From the NCBI GenBank assembly GCA_965233585.1, contig CBDDTI010000746.1, positions 352,001 through 416,000 on the forward strand: DNA of 64,000 nucleotides, read 5' to 3'. Shown here piece by piece: positions 1 through 10,049 of this stretch; position 1 is the first letter of the stretch; every line of letters starts with the position of its first letter. Below the pieces are notes generated by a model. It searched no databases and was not told where the DNA came from. It saw nothing but the letters and a program-made list of their open reading frames with translations. Source of the stretch: a bacterium. GTDB taxonomy: Bacteria > SAR324 > NAC60-12. The translations under genes and the position numbers were made by a program.

Positions 1-1
1 C

Positions 2-592
2 ATTTTAGACACAGAGGTCATTAAAACAGAAGGTTTCCAAGTCATCTACCCTGAATTGGGGGCTGAAGAAAAGGCTTTTATTGCCGACTATCACAGAGAA
101 CATCTGGGAGTTTCTAGGTTCACCAAATTTGCTTTTTTTGAACAGCATTTTTTTCAGAGAGAACTCACACTCCAAAGACGTGAGGAATTGAGCCAACGTT
201 TTACAGATTACACCTTCCAAAAGGTGGTAGAAGCAGACTTTATCCCAGGAGTGATGGAATTTTTAGAGAGGCAGACGTCTCATATCAAATTCACAGCTTC
301 TGGGTCATGGCAAAAGGAGTTGGTAGAAATTTTAGACCAGCGCCAAATCAGTCAGTATTTTCAAGAAATTGGAGGTTCACCCAGAACGAAAGTGGAGATC
401 ATCAATGAGACCATTGCCAAATATCAACTGAAGCCAGAACGCGTGGTCATGCTTGGTGATGCGATGGCAGACTACGATGCGGCTCACCAAACAGGAATCG
501 CTTTTATTGGCATTTGCTACCAAAAAGACTCTCCTTTTGTTGAAGGCACAAAGGTTCTTGAAGATTTGCGTGAGTTGCATCAATTTGTCTAG
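2..592 (+). CDS. HAD-superfamily phosphatase (5' partial)
   Basis: Frame open from base 2 (ILDTEVIKTEGF, just after the expected motif I); motif II TAS, Lys in GSPRTK, motif IV GDAMAD. Confidence 0.8.
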   Translation: MLDTEVIKTEGFQVIYPELGAEEKAFIADYHREHLGVSRFTKFAFFEQHFFQRELTLQRREELSQRFTDYTFQKVVEADFIPGVMEFLERQTSHIKFTASGSWQKELVEILDQRQISQYFQEIGGSPRTKVEIINETIAKYQLKPERVVMLGDAMADYDAAHQTGIAFIGICYQKDSPFVEGTKVLEDLRELHQFV

Positions 593-651
593 TGAATCAT
601 CAACAATCTCATCAAACGCATCTCTATTTTTAAAAGTAGAATCTATCATCT

Positions 652-1656
652 ATGGAATTAATGGAATCATTTGAATTACTTGCCAAAGTCTATCGTGGGG
701 GGCATGTTGAAAGCTGTCATTTGGGAGTGATTTATGCTGTGGATTCCAAAGGGCATGTGCTTTACCAAAAAGGCAGTGCTGAAAAGTGTTTCTTTCCCCG
801 TTCTTCTTGCAAAATGTTTCAAGCGACTGCACTGGTTGCTTCTGGTGCAATGGAACATTATCAACTCCCTGAACATTACCTTGCCTTAGCCTGTGCCTCG
901 CACCTTGGGGAAGACTTGCACCAGCAAACGGTTGATGAATGGCTACAACATTTGAAACTCAAACAAGAACAGTTGCTTTGTGGGGCAGACTATCCTCAAC
1001 GCAAAAGCGACCTCATTCGTGTTGTTCAAACAGGCATTTCCAAACGAAGTGTTTATCATAATTGTTCAGGCAAACATGTTGGAATGCTGACCGCCTGCTT
1101 GATGAATCAGTGGGATTTGGAAAGTTATGCAGACCTTGAACATCCTGTCCAAAAAGAATGGCAAACATGGTTTTCAGAGTTTTTGGGATATGATGCCAGC
1201 CAAATAGATTATGCGATTGATGGCTGCACCTTGCCAACGCCTTATTTGAAGATTCAAGATTTTGCTTTAGCACTGGCACGTTTTGCAAAGCCTGAGGCTT
1301 TAAGTCCCAAAGCACAACGCATCGCCAAGCAAATCTCTCAGGCGATTGGTAACTTTCCAACCTACGTTGCAGGAACAAAAACTTTGGTAGAAGCCCTCCC
1401 GCAGGCAACTGATGGACGCATTCTTTGTAAAAATGGAGCAGAAGCCGTTTATGCCGCATGGGAGCAAGAGTTAGGAATCGGGCTTGTCATTAAAATTGCG
1501 GACGGGTCAACAAGGGCGTTAGATTGCATTCTTGTCAATGCTTTGGACACGCTTGGTTTGCTGAAAGATGAAGAACTTCAAAAATTAGAAGATTTTTTGC
1601 ACTATTCCATCACGAATAGTCAAAACAAAAAAGTTGGACATCTGGAAGTGGTGTGA
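652..1656 (+). CDS. L-asparaginase II (rhizobial AnsA type)
   Basis: RSSCKMFQ, HNCSGKH and DGC motifs typical of the asparaginase II family. Confidence 0.85.
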   Translation: MELMESFELLAKVYRGGHVESCHLGVIYAVDSKGHVLYQKGSAEKCFFPRSSCKMFQATALVASGAMEHYQLPEHYLALACASHLGEDLHQQTVDEWLQHLKLKQEQLLCGADYPQRKSDLIRVVQTGISKRSVYHNCSGKHVGMLTACLMNQWDLESYADLEHPVQKEWQTWFSEFLGYDASQIDYAIDGCTLPTPYLKIQDFALALARFAKPEALSPKAQRIAKQISQAIGNFPTYVAGTKTLVEALPQATDGRILCKNGAEAVYAAWEQELGIGLVIKIADGSTRALDCILVNALDTLGLLKDEELQKLEDFLHYSITNSQNKKVGHLEVV

Positions 1657-1734
1657 TACTCTGAAGTGGACTAAAAATTTTATTCTTTTCGCAAAACTTT
1701 TTCAAAAAACAATATTTTTTAACAAACAATCAAA

Positions 1735-3189
1735 ATGAGGAAAACAATGAATAGACTTTTGAAACTTAAAAAACATTTTTTTGCTGTAAGCCTGTTGATT
1801 TTTATTGTCAGTTGTAATGGTAAATCAGGGGACAGTTCAGACAGCGAAAAGGACGATTCAGCAGAGCCAAATTCTCCCCAAACCCCAAAAAAAGTTTTAG
1901 ATGTGAGTCAACCTGCAGACCGTGCGTTGTTGGGAAAATCCTTTCAAATCAATTTTAAAATCTCTTCAGCCAAAACACTCGCAGGAATGTCTGCTGCTGA
2001 CATTGTCACTTTTGCTCACCCCCTTCAAAAAAATAATCCAACCTTTGCACAACAGCATGGAATCCCTACCCAAAACTTTAAAACGAGGAACACATTAGAC
2101 GTTCAATTTTCTGTCACGTCTCGGGCAGAATCAGGTCAGTTTTATACCTTGAAAAATTATGATATTTTTTATGAAGATTTTAAAAATACTTCTACTCCAC
2201 TGAATTTAGCTAGTGCCAAGATAGAAAATAAAATTGAGAATGTCAAACTTTGGAAAAGGCAGTCTGGTGTGACGTTCAGTTCAGCATTTTTCAGTCAAAA
2301 TACAGGCAAAATGATGGACAGAGCCAATGGCAGACCTTTGATTTTTTACGTGAAAATTGACAATCAATTAAGCAATGGCATGCAAATTCTCAATTTGCCT
2401 AGAACCAACCCGTACCTTACTGTGAACACAGGTGATTGCTCAAGAATTGAAAACTCTGACCAAGTGGAGTTAGAAGGTTTTTTACAACGAACCTGTGTGG
2501 AAGCACACGGCTATAAAATCCCCATTTTAATTGAAGACAAAGACAAGGAACGTTCGGCTGACAAAATTCCTCACATCAGAAAGATTTTTAAATTCTATCT
2601 TGATTTTTTCCCAAAAGAAATCACAGAAACAATCGCAGAAAATCAAGCAACACTTGCTCTTTTCTATGATGACGACTGGACAGATAGGCAAGAAGAAGAC
2701 CATAATAATTCTGCAGAGAAACATCTGGTTTTCCAAGATTTGTCTGCAGCAGAATCCATGCCTCATCTACCGAAAGGGGAAAGAGATGCCAGCTTTGAAG
2801 AAATTCTGCACCTTGTTCACGATTATGGCATCATGGCAAATGCTGTTAAAAACCCCTCTTCAAAATGGGCAGGATTCCAAAAAGAGCTTGAAGCATTGAT
2901 GACTCAAGCAATTCAAAATGGTGCGTTTTATCCAAATCAAAAAGACCCAGCTGGAGACGCTGAACTTGATGCAGAATCTTATGACCAAGAATACCTTGCT
3001 TATTCTTTACAAGCCTATTATGACTTTAATTACAAAGGCTATGTTGCACCTGAATTAAATTCAGGAAACTATGATGAGCTAAAAAACAATGATCCTGATA
3101 TGGTAAAGTTTATGGAAAAATATTTTCCAAAACGTCAAGATGCCAAACGACTTTTCCCCGGCTATCCTTTGGATGGCAAAGATGACTAA
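1735..3189 (+). CDS. Lipoprotein with a possible zincin-like C-terminal domain
   Basis: Lipobox IVSC, Ser/Asp-rich tether, DASFEEILHLVH and downstream QEYLAY. Confidence 0.55.
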   Translation: MRKTMNRLLKLKKHFFAVSLLIFIVSCNGKSGDSSDSEKDDSAEPNSPQTPKKVLDVSQPADRALLGKSFQINFKISSAKTLAGMSAADIVTFAHPLQKNNPTFAQQHGIPTQNFKTRNTLDVQFSVTSRAESGQFYTLKNYDIFYEDFKNTSTPLNLASAKIENKIENVKLWKRQSGVTFSSAFFSQNTGKMMDRANGRPLIFYVKIDNQLSNGMQILNLPRTNPYLTVNTGDCSRIENSDQVELEGFLQRTCVEAHGYKIPILIEDKDKERSADKIPHIRKIFKFYLDFFPKEITETIAENQATLALFYDDDWTDRQEEDHNNSAEKHLVFQDLSAAESMPHLPKGERDASFEEILHLVHDYGIMANAVKNPSSKWAGFQKELEALMTQAIQNGAFYPNQKDPAGDAELDAESYDQEYLAYSLQAYYDFNYKGYVAPELNSGNYDELKNNDPDMVKFMEKYFPKRQDAKRLFPGYPLDGKDD

Positions 3190-3221
3190 CTCCTTTTGTT
3201 CCTCTTGTCTCTCTCTCTTCA

Positions 3222-4172
3222 ATGTATCTCATCACAGGTTCTGCAGGTTTTATCGGATTTCATACCAGCTTGAAATTGCTTGAGCAAGGTCAAGCTGTTG
3301 TTGGAGTTGACAATTTAAATGATTATTATGATGTCAACTTAAAAAAGGCACGTCTCCAAATTCTTCAAGATTTTGACAACTTTGTGTTTTATCAGACAAG
3401 TCTTGAAGATTTGGAAGGTTTGCAAACTGTGTTTCAAAAACACACCATTCAATCTGTCTGCAACCTTGCCGCACAAGCAGGGGTTCGGTATTCTCTCAAA
3501 AATCCCTTTGCCTACCAAAAAAGCAATCTGGAAGGTTTTTTGAACATCATTGAGCTTTCTAAAAGAAGCCAAGTTCAAAACTTTGTCTATGCCTCCTCTT
3601 CTTCTGTTTATGGGAACAATCCAAAACTGCCTTTTGCTGTTAGCGACCGTGTGGATAATCCTATCTCTCTTTATGCCGCAACCAAAAAAGCCAATGAATT
3701 GATTGCCCATAGTTACAGTCATTTGTTTGGTTTGCCAACGACTGGCTTGCGTTTTTTCACAGTCTATGGAACTTGGGGAAGACCAGATATGGCATTGTTT
3801 CTTTTCACTGAAGCTATTTTGGCAGGGCGTCCAATCCAAGTGTTTAACTATGGCAAGATGAAGCGGGATTTTACATACATTGATGACATTGTGCAGGGCG
3901 TGTTGATGTGCCTAGACAATCCCCAAAGCTATGAACTTTTGAACATTGGCAATCACCGTGCTGAAAATTTGATGGATTTTATTGCGGTGATTGAATCTTG
4001 TTTGGGCAAGAAGGCAGAAATAGAGTTACTTCCCCTTCAAGCAGGAGACGTCCCAGAGACTTTTGCAGACATTAGCCGCATTCAAGAACTTTATCATTTT
4101 GACCCCAAAACCAGCATTCAAGAAGGCATTCCAAAATTCATCAAGTGGTACCTTGAGTTTTATCAGCCTTGA
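3222..4172 (+). CDS. UDP-glucuronate 4-epimerase (NAD-dependent epimerase)
   Basis: GSAGFIG, LAAQAGVRYS, ASSSSVYG, YAATKKANE, GRPDMA. Confidence 0.9.
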   Translation: MYLITGSAGFIGFHTSLKLLEQGQAVVGVDNLNDYYDVNLKKARLQILQDFDNFVFYQTSLEDLEGLQTVFQKHTIQSVCNLAAQAGVRYSLKNPFAYQKSNLEGFLNIIELSKRSQVQNFVYASSSSVYGNNPKLPFAVSDRVDNPISLYAATKKANELIAHSYSHLFGLPTTGLRFFTVYGTWGRPDMALFLFTEAILAGRPIQVFNYGKMKRDFTYIDDIVQGVLMCLDNPQSYELLNIGNHRAENLMDFIAVIESCLGKKAEIELLPLQAGDVPETFADISRIQELYHFDPKTSIQEGIPKFIKWYLEFYQP

Positions 4173-4285
4173 GCAAAACAACTCTTTGAGTAAAAAAATT
4201 TTAGCAAAAAATTGGAAAGACTTGAGGCGACCCAGAAGACTTACTTTAGGAAAGAACGAACTGGGCAGACTTTTTTTGAAGAAAC

Positions 4286-4369
4286 TACCGAAGGCGGGAT
4301 TTGAACCCGCACGAGCTTTCGCTCACTGCCCCCTCAAGACAGCGTGTCTACCAACTCCACCACTTCGGC
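4286..4369 (-). tRNA. tRNA-Leu(GAG); CCA not encoded
   Basis: Reverse complement GCCGAAG..TGGTAGAC..CTGTC-TTGAGGG-GGCAG..long variable arm..GTTCAAATC..CTTCGGTA folds as a class II cloverleaf. Confidence 0.95.
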
Positions 4370-4469
4370 AAAAACGGAAGATTCTAACATTTGAAGTTTT
4401 AACTTGCAAGGACGTTTTGGTCTAGTAAACTAGTCTGTTTTTTCTCTTCCACGATGCCCCTTTGATCCA

Positions 4470-5933
4470 ATGACATCTTTATCTATTGACAATCTTCAGC
4501 AATCTGTTCAATCAGGACAACTTCAAGTCTGCCAGCTTGTAGAATCCCTTTTTTCTCACATTGAGGCACTAGATGACCAACTGCAAGCCTATCGCTTTTT
4601 AATCTCCAAAGAAAATGCCATCAAACAGGCATCAAGAATTGACCAAAAAGTCAAACAAGGACAACCTGTTGGCAAGTTTGCAGGTTCATTGATTGCTGTC
4701 AAAAACAACATTTGCATCAACGATTCAGACCTCCCCACAGAATGCTGCTCTAAAATGCTACAAGGGTTTGTGTCCCCATACACTGCCACTGCTATTAAGT
4801 TGCTTCAAGCAGAAGATGCAATCGTCATAGGAACAACCAACATGGACGAGTTTGCAATGGGTGGTTCAACAGAGTATTCAGCCTTCCAAAAAACACGCAA
4901 TCCTTGGGATTTGGAACGTGTCCCCGGAGGCAGTAGCGGCGGGTCTGCTGTGGCTGTTGCGGCACAAATGGCAACGTTCGCCTTAGGGTCAGACACAGGG
5001 GGGTCTATCAGACAACCTGCCTCTTTTTGTGGAGTCACAGGATTCAAACCGAGTTATGGCGCCATCTCTCGCTATGGACTTGTGGCACACGGTTCCTCTC
5101 TTGACCAAATTGGTGTCTTTGCCAAGACAGCTCAAGATGTCACTTCAGTCTTTTCTACACTTCGTCAGCATGATGCCCACGACAACACTTCTGCCGTTAA
5201 AGAGTATCCCAAATCGTTCTCTACTGAACTAGAGACTTTGAAGTGTTGCATCATCAAAGAATTTGTAGAACATGAGGCATTTGAGCCTGCTACAAGAAAG
5301 AGTTTTGAGCAGTTTACAGATTTTTTAAGCAAGCAAGGAGTGCAAATAGAAATGGCAAGTTTAGCAACCACGCCATATCTGTTGCCTGTTTATTACATTT
5401 TGTCTTTTGCAGAAAGTAGCTCTAATTTAAGTCGTTTTGACGGCATTCGTTATGGATTGCGTGCAGCAGACCAAGGCAATCTTGAATCTCTCTACCGTGC
5501 CTCAAGAAGTCAAGGTTTTGGTGATGAAGTGAAAAGACGCATCATGCTGGGGTCTTTTGTGTTAAGTGCAGGATACTACGACCAGTACTACGGCAAAGCC
5601 TCTTATGCTAGAAATCAGATTGTCAAAGAAGTTGGTGCTTTATTGAACCACTATGATTTGATTCTTGCCCCAGTCTCTCCTTTCCAAGCCTTCCGTTTTG
5701 GTGAAAAGACAAGCGACCCGTTGTCTATGTATCTGGCAGACGTTTATTCTACTTTGCCCAACCTTGTCTATGCACCTGCCATCTCTATTCCTTCTGAACT
5801 GGCTGACGGCTTACCTGTGGGTGTTCAGTTGATGGCTAAGCCAATGCAAGACTTCCGATTGCTTGCCATTGCAGAAAAACTCCAACAGCAGTCTGACTTT
5901 CATCTCAAACAACCTTCTCTGCTTCACAAATAG
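4470..5933 (+). CDS. gatA: Asp/Glu-tRNA amidotransferase subunit A
   Basis: Amidase signature GGSSGGS, GSDTGGSIRQPA, SSNLSRFDGIRYG, EVKRRIMLG. Confidence 0.95.
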   Translation: MTSLSIDNLQQSVQSGQLQVCQLVESLFSHIEALDDQLQAYRFLISKENAIKQASRIDQKVKQGQPVGKFAGSLIAVKNNICINDSDLPTECCSKMLQGFVSPYTATAIKLLQAEDAIVIGTTNMDEFAMGGSTEYSAFQKTRNPWDLERVPGGSSGGSAVAVAAQMATFALGSDTGGSIRQPASFCGVTGFKPSYGAISRYGLVAHGSSLDQIGVFAKTAQDVTSVFSTLRQHDAHDNTSAVKEYPKSFSTELETLKCCIIKEFVEHEAFEPATRKSFEQFTDFLSKQGVQIEMASLATTPYLLPVYYILSFAESSSNLSRFDGIRYGLRAADQGNLESLYRASRSQGFGDEVKRRIMLGSFVLSAGYYDQYYGKASYARNQIVKEVGALLNHYDLILAPVSPFQAFRFGEKTSDPLSMYLADVYSTLPNLVYAPAISIPSELADGLPVGVQLMAKPMQDFRLLAIAEKLQQQSDFHLKQPSLLHK

Positions 5934-5936
5934 TCT

Positions 5937-6383
5937 ATGACTCTTCCTACTCTCAAAGTTAAAAAATTACACCCAAAGGCAGTGATTCCCTCCCGCGGGC
6001 ATTCATCAGATGCAGGTTGCGACCTGACTGTCATTGACTTTAAAATCCGTGAAAATGGAGTCTTCTTGTTCCAAACAGGGCTTGCTGTCTCTATTTCAGA
6101 AGGTTTTTACACAGAGATTGTGCCCCGTTCCAGCATCATTAAAACAGACTTTGCCCTTGCCAATAGCATTGGCATCATTGACCCTGACTATCGGGGAGAA
6201 CTGATGATTCCTTTTCGTTTTCTTGGCAAGACAGAAGACGCAGAAGCCAGAGCCAAAGAATTAGTGGGAACTCGCGTAGCTCAACTGCTTGTCAGACGCC
6301 TAGAACTTTGCAAGATTGAGGAATGCGAAGAATTAGATGAGACCGCCCGTGGCACAGGAGGCTTTGGAAGCACAGGGTCTTGA
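5937..6383 (+). CDS. dut: dUTP diphosphatase
   Basis: AGCDL, PRSS, GIIDPDYRGE, RGTGGFGSTG. Confidence 0.95.
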   Translation: MTLPTLKVKKLHPKAVIPSRGHSSDAGCDLTVIDFKIRENGVFLFQTGLAVSISEGFYTEIVPRSSIIKTDFALANSIGIIDPDYRGELMIPFRFLGKTEDAEARAKELVGTRVAQLLVRRLELCKIEECEELDETARGTGGFGSTGS

Positions 6384-6384
6384 T

Positions 6385-7320
6385 TCACTTCACTTCTTTT
6401 CTTTTGATTTCGCTTAATTTTTTTGACTTCTCTTTAAGTGTTTGCAAAAATTTTGACGATGAGAAGTTGCCAACCATTGGCAAAGTCTGAAACTCTCCCC
6501 CCCATGATTCTAAGAGTTGTTGCTCTTCCAAAACTCTTTCCTTTTCATAAGAACCCCCTTTGATATGTAAATGAGGCTTGAGCAGAGAAAGCATGTTCAA
6601 AGGCGTGTCTCCAAAAAAAGGCAACACATAGTCCACTGCTTTTAAGCAAGCAAGCGTTTTTAGACGTGATTGCAGTGAAAAAATAGGACGAGTTGTCCCT
6701 TTTCTTTCACGGACAGATTCATCGCTATTGACCAACACCATCAACACATCTCCTTGCTCTTTCGCTTGTTGAAGGTAGCGAACATGCCCAAGATGCAACC
6801 AATCAAAACTGCCATTGGTCGTGACAAGTGTTTTTGAATCAAATTGCTGGCAAAGCCTCAAGGCTTCTTGTTCATTCAAAATGTTCTCAAGGGGTGCTTG
6901 GGTCTTCAACATTTGCAACGGACTTTGATTGGAAACCTTTTTTAAAAGCAGATGATGACTCATTGCCTCTGAAATGGGGAAGGGGTGCAATGGATTTTGC
7001 AACAAATGCTCTAATTTTAGGAGTTTCAAGATGGCAGGTGTTTCTGGGGTTTGAATGACCTCCCAATGCTTTGAAGGCTCAAGATGCCTTGCCTCTGACA
7101 CAGCACCAACACATTGCAAAGACTGCAATAGCTCGCACCTTTCTTGGAGAGGCAAAATGGGTTCAATGCCTAATGCCTGCTTGGCTTCTTCTTCACTTAG
7201 AACAACAGCCATCACGGGTTGTTGCGGTGTCAGTTGAGTCTTCAGACGCAAAAACATTTCAACGGTGTTGGCATGAATCCCATCAAACACACCAAAAAAG
7301 ACAGAAAAAGTTTGGTTCAT
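6385..7320 (-). CDS. RfaE/HldE domain II-like heptose-1-phosphate adenylyltransferase with an extra degenerate N-terminal nucleotidyltransferase domain
   Basis: C-terminal TNGSFDWLHLGH, VNSDESVRERKG-RPI, KGGSY; N-terminal GVFDGIH...ERCELLQSLQCV. Confidence 0.8.
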   Translation of the reverse strand: MNQTFSVFFGVFDGIHANTVEMFLRLKTQLTPQQPVMAVVLSEEEAKQALGIEPILPLQERCELLQSLQCVGAVSEARHLEPSKHWEVIQTPETPAILKLLKLEHLLQNPLHPFPISEAMSHHLLLKKVSNQSPLQMLKTQAPLENILNEQEALRLCQQFDSKTLVTTNGSFDWLHLGHVRYLQQAKEQGDVLMVLVNSDESVRERKGTTRPIFSLQSRLKTLACLKAVDYVLPFFGDTPLNMLSLLKPHLHIKGGSYEKERVLEEQQLLESWGGEFQTLPMVGNFSSSKFLQTLKEKSKKLSEIKRKEVK

Positions 7321-7386
7321 TTTTTGCTTTTGTCTTGATTTCTTGTTTTGATGCTGGCTTTAAACCAGCATTTGAGTTTTGAAACA

Positions 7387-8955
7387 ATGAGCTTATTATC
7401 TTATCAAAAAACTATCACCTTTTTTGTTTCGTTTGTCTTAGTCCTCACGTCTTTTGAAGTCTTTGGCAAAGATTCTGGCAAAAATGCCTTGTTCCCAACT
7501 TCCACAGTGATTAAATTGCAGGTGTATTTTTGGAAGCGGATTTATACAGATTTTTCAGTCAATGAAGGGGTGTTGCATGACAGACAATTAATCTTGCCTA
7601 TTTATGAACGTGTCCCACTTCATGGCTTGAGTCGTCGGCAGGTCAGTGATTTTATTGCACAGCGAAAACGTTCGGTTGCCCAGAAACTTCATCAACTAGC
7701 CGATGCCCTAGAAAAGAAGCAAACACTTTCACAAGACCAGCAAAATTTGTTGAGAAAGTTTTACAAAGGCGTCACTCCTAAAGTCTTGCGTGGTGCTTCG
7801 GGACGAATCCGTTTTCAAAGGGGATTGATGGAACGTTTTCGGCAGGGAATCGCACGTTCTGGTGCTTATCTCAAGCATTTTCGCCAAGTGTTCCAAAAGA
7901 GAAATCTGCCTGAAGAATTAGTTTTTTTGCCTCATGTAGAGTCTTCTTTTAACCCGATGGCAGTTTCACGGTCTGGTGCATTGGGTGTGTGGCAATTTAT
8001 GCGCAGAACAGGGGCAGAATTTATGACAGTCAACAACACGATTGACGAACGACGAGACCCCTGGATCGCCACAGAATCTGCCGCAAAACTCTTGCAAAGA
8101 AATTACGATGCACTGGGGTCATGGCCTCTTGCCATCACTGCTTACAATTACGGTCATAACGGGCTTAAACGGATTGTCAAGAGAATGCAGTCTTCTGATT
8201 TGGGATACTTAATTCGCTACTACCAATACCCCGCATTTGGATTTGCCGCAAAGAACTTTTATGCAGAATTTCTTGCCGCCAAAGAGGTTGCAGAGAATTA
8301 TCAACTTTATTTTGGTCACATTGAATTGGAAAAGCCCCCGACTTTTCGCATTGTCCGCTTGCCTAAAACTGCCTCTATTTACAAGATTGCCAAGCAGTTT
8401 GCTGTCCCCCCAAGAAAAATTTCTGAATACAATCTGGCGTTTCAAGCCTCCATCGTCAAGGGGAAGTCTTTCATTCCCAAAAACTATGCGGTCAAACTTC
8501 CTTTGAACCCTGAAAAATATCTTGTCCATGACACCATTCTCATCAAAAAAGGACACACGTTGTATGCTGTGGCAAGGCAGTGTGGTATGTCAGTCGCACA
8601 ATTTCAAAAACTCAACAACCTCAAAACTCAAACCATTCACCCGGGACAACGTTTCCAGTGTAGCCCCTCGAAACCCTCCAAAACTGCTCCTTCAATCGCT
8701 CAAAACTCACTCGTTCAAAAGCTAAGGCAGCCCCAAACAAAGAAGCCTTCAAACGTCATTAAAAAATCTTCAACTCCTAAAAAATCTGCAAATTTGACGC
8801 AAGCTAACTTGACCAAAACCATCATTGTTCAAAAAGGAGATACCCTGTATTCTCTGGCACGCAAGCATCGGATTCCTGTCAAAGACTTGATTGCACTCAA
8901 CCAGCTGGAACAATCTACCATCTACCCCGGTCAAGAAATTCTTGTCAAACTTTAA
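7387..8955 (+). CDS. Lytic murein transglycosylase with LysM domains (MltD-like)
   Basis: LPHVESSF, GALGVWQFM, DERRDP, AITAYNYG, C-terminal LysM repeats (KGHTLY, KGDTLY); ATG 7387 preferred over TTG 7348. Confidence 0.9.
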   Translation: MSLLSYQKTITFFVSFVLVLTSFEVFGKDSGKNALFPTSTVIKLQVYFWKRIYTDFSVNEGVLHDRQLILPIYERVPLHGLSRRQVSDFIAQRKRSVAQKLHQLADALEKKQTLSQDQQNLLRKFYKGVTPKVLRGASGRIRFQRGLMERFRQGIARSGAYLKHFRQVFQKRNLPEELVFLPHVESSFNPMAVSRSGALGVWQFMRRTGAEFMTVNNTIDERRDPWIATESAAKLLQRNYDALGSWPLAITAYNYGHNGLKRIVKRMQSSDLGYLIRYYQYPAFGFAAKNFYAEFLAAKEVAENYQLYFGHIELEKPPTFRIVRLPKTASIYKIAKQFAVPPRKISEYNLAFQASIVKGKSFIPKNYAVKLPLNPEKYLVHDTILIKKGHTLYAVARQCGMSVAQFQKLNNLKTQTIHPGQRFQCSPSKPSKTAPSIAQNSLVQKLRQPQTKKPSNVIKKSSTPKKSANLTQANLTKTIIVQKGDTLYSLARKHRIPVKDLIALNQLEQSTIYPGQEILVKL

Positions 8956-9782
8956 AAAATGGCAAGTTCGCTGTAGGCACCGAGTAGATGATATTCAAAT
9001 TTTTTAATCCGCATGACTTCAAGGCAGTCTTGAATCCTTTCTGAATTAAACAAATCTATGAAAAAGACGTAATTCCAAGCAGTTTGTTTGGAAGGGCGTG
9101 ATTCTAACCTGCACAAATTAATTTCAAACAGATGAAAGATGCTTAACAAGTCATAAAGCAAGCCCGGTCTGTCGTTTGGGAATCTGACTTGAATAGATGT
9201 TTTTTTGTGTGAAAAATCGGGTTGTTCTTCCTGAAGACGAGGTTTGATGAGAATGAAGCGGGTCGTGTTGTGTTGATAATCTTGGATTTGAGAATGCGAA
9301 ATATAGTGGGGGACTCCTTTGGCAAAAGAGGGCGGGACAATGGCGGCAACCTCTTTGTTTTGATTGATGCACTCCAGAAAAAGTTGCCCTGATGCCACAT
9401 TGCTTGCTGTCAGTTCAATGCTGGCATGGGGAAGATGCTTTGCCAAAAATTCTCTGGTCTGCCCTCCCGCTTGTTCATGGGTGAACACTTTTTGAACAAG
9501 TGCTAACGGAACAAGAGACAAAAGCTCATAACTGACGGGTCTGTTGAGTTCTCCACAGATGACAAAATCTTCACTCACCAACAAATCTTGCACAGCTGTT
9601 ACAACTCCCTCTACTGAATTTTCAATGGGAACCATGGCATGGCATCGCTTGGATTTGGCAAGCAACAATGTTTCAATCAGGGTGGAGGCATACTGAATTT
9701 GTGAGGCTTGCGGAACAATCAATCTTGTTGCCTCATCGCTAAAAGTCCCCGGCGGTCCTAGCGTGATGACGTGTTCTAACAT
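8952..9782 (-). CDS. pheA: Prephenate dehydratase
   Basis: LGPPGTFS, VPIENSVEG, NTTRF, ACT domain DRPGLL...LESRPS. Confidence 0.9.
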   Translation of the reverse strand: MLEHVITLGPPGTFSDEATRLIVPQASQIQYASTLIETLLLAKSKRCHAMVPIENSVEGVVTAVQDLLVSEDFVICGELNRPVSYELLSLVPLALVQKVFTHEQAGGQTREFLAKHLPHASIELTASNVASGQLFLECINQNKEVAAIVPPSFAKGVPHYISHSQIQDYQHNTTRFILIKPRLQEEQPDFSHKKTSIQVRFPNDRPGLLYDLLSIFHLFEINLCRLESRPSKQTAWNYVFFIDLFNSERIQDCLEVMRIKKFEYHLLGAYSELAIF

Positions 9783-10049
9783 TTTTCTAAAAAATTATTG
9801 TCTAAAAAATTAATTTCTAAAATTTCTAAAAAATCGTTGAGTTGAGGGGGTTGATGGTAGATGTTCAATAAAGAACGTTTGGAAGTTAAGAAAAATTTCA
9901 TTTGCCCGTCATTGTAGCACTTGATGCCGAACCTTTCTAGGAAGGTAGAATCAAGAAACCTTCAGTCGTTGAATGCCTTGAGTTATGAGGCAAGCAGTGG
10001 TATAGTGCTTGTCTTTTAAGTTTTTTAATCAAAAAGAGAAGGAACAAAC

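Noticed and set aside
4173..4469. tRNA-Leu as an island integration site
   Set aside because: No integrase and no duplicated tRNA 3' end seen; both flanks are ordinary genes.
9782..9836. Short TCTAAAA(A)ATT repeats upstream of pheA
   Set aside because: Four low-complexity AT-rich copies; cannot be distinguished from background or given a function.
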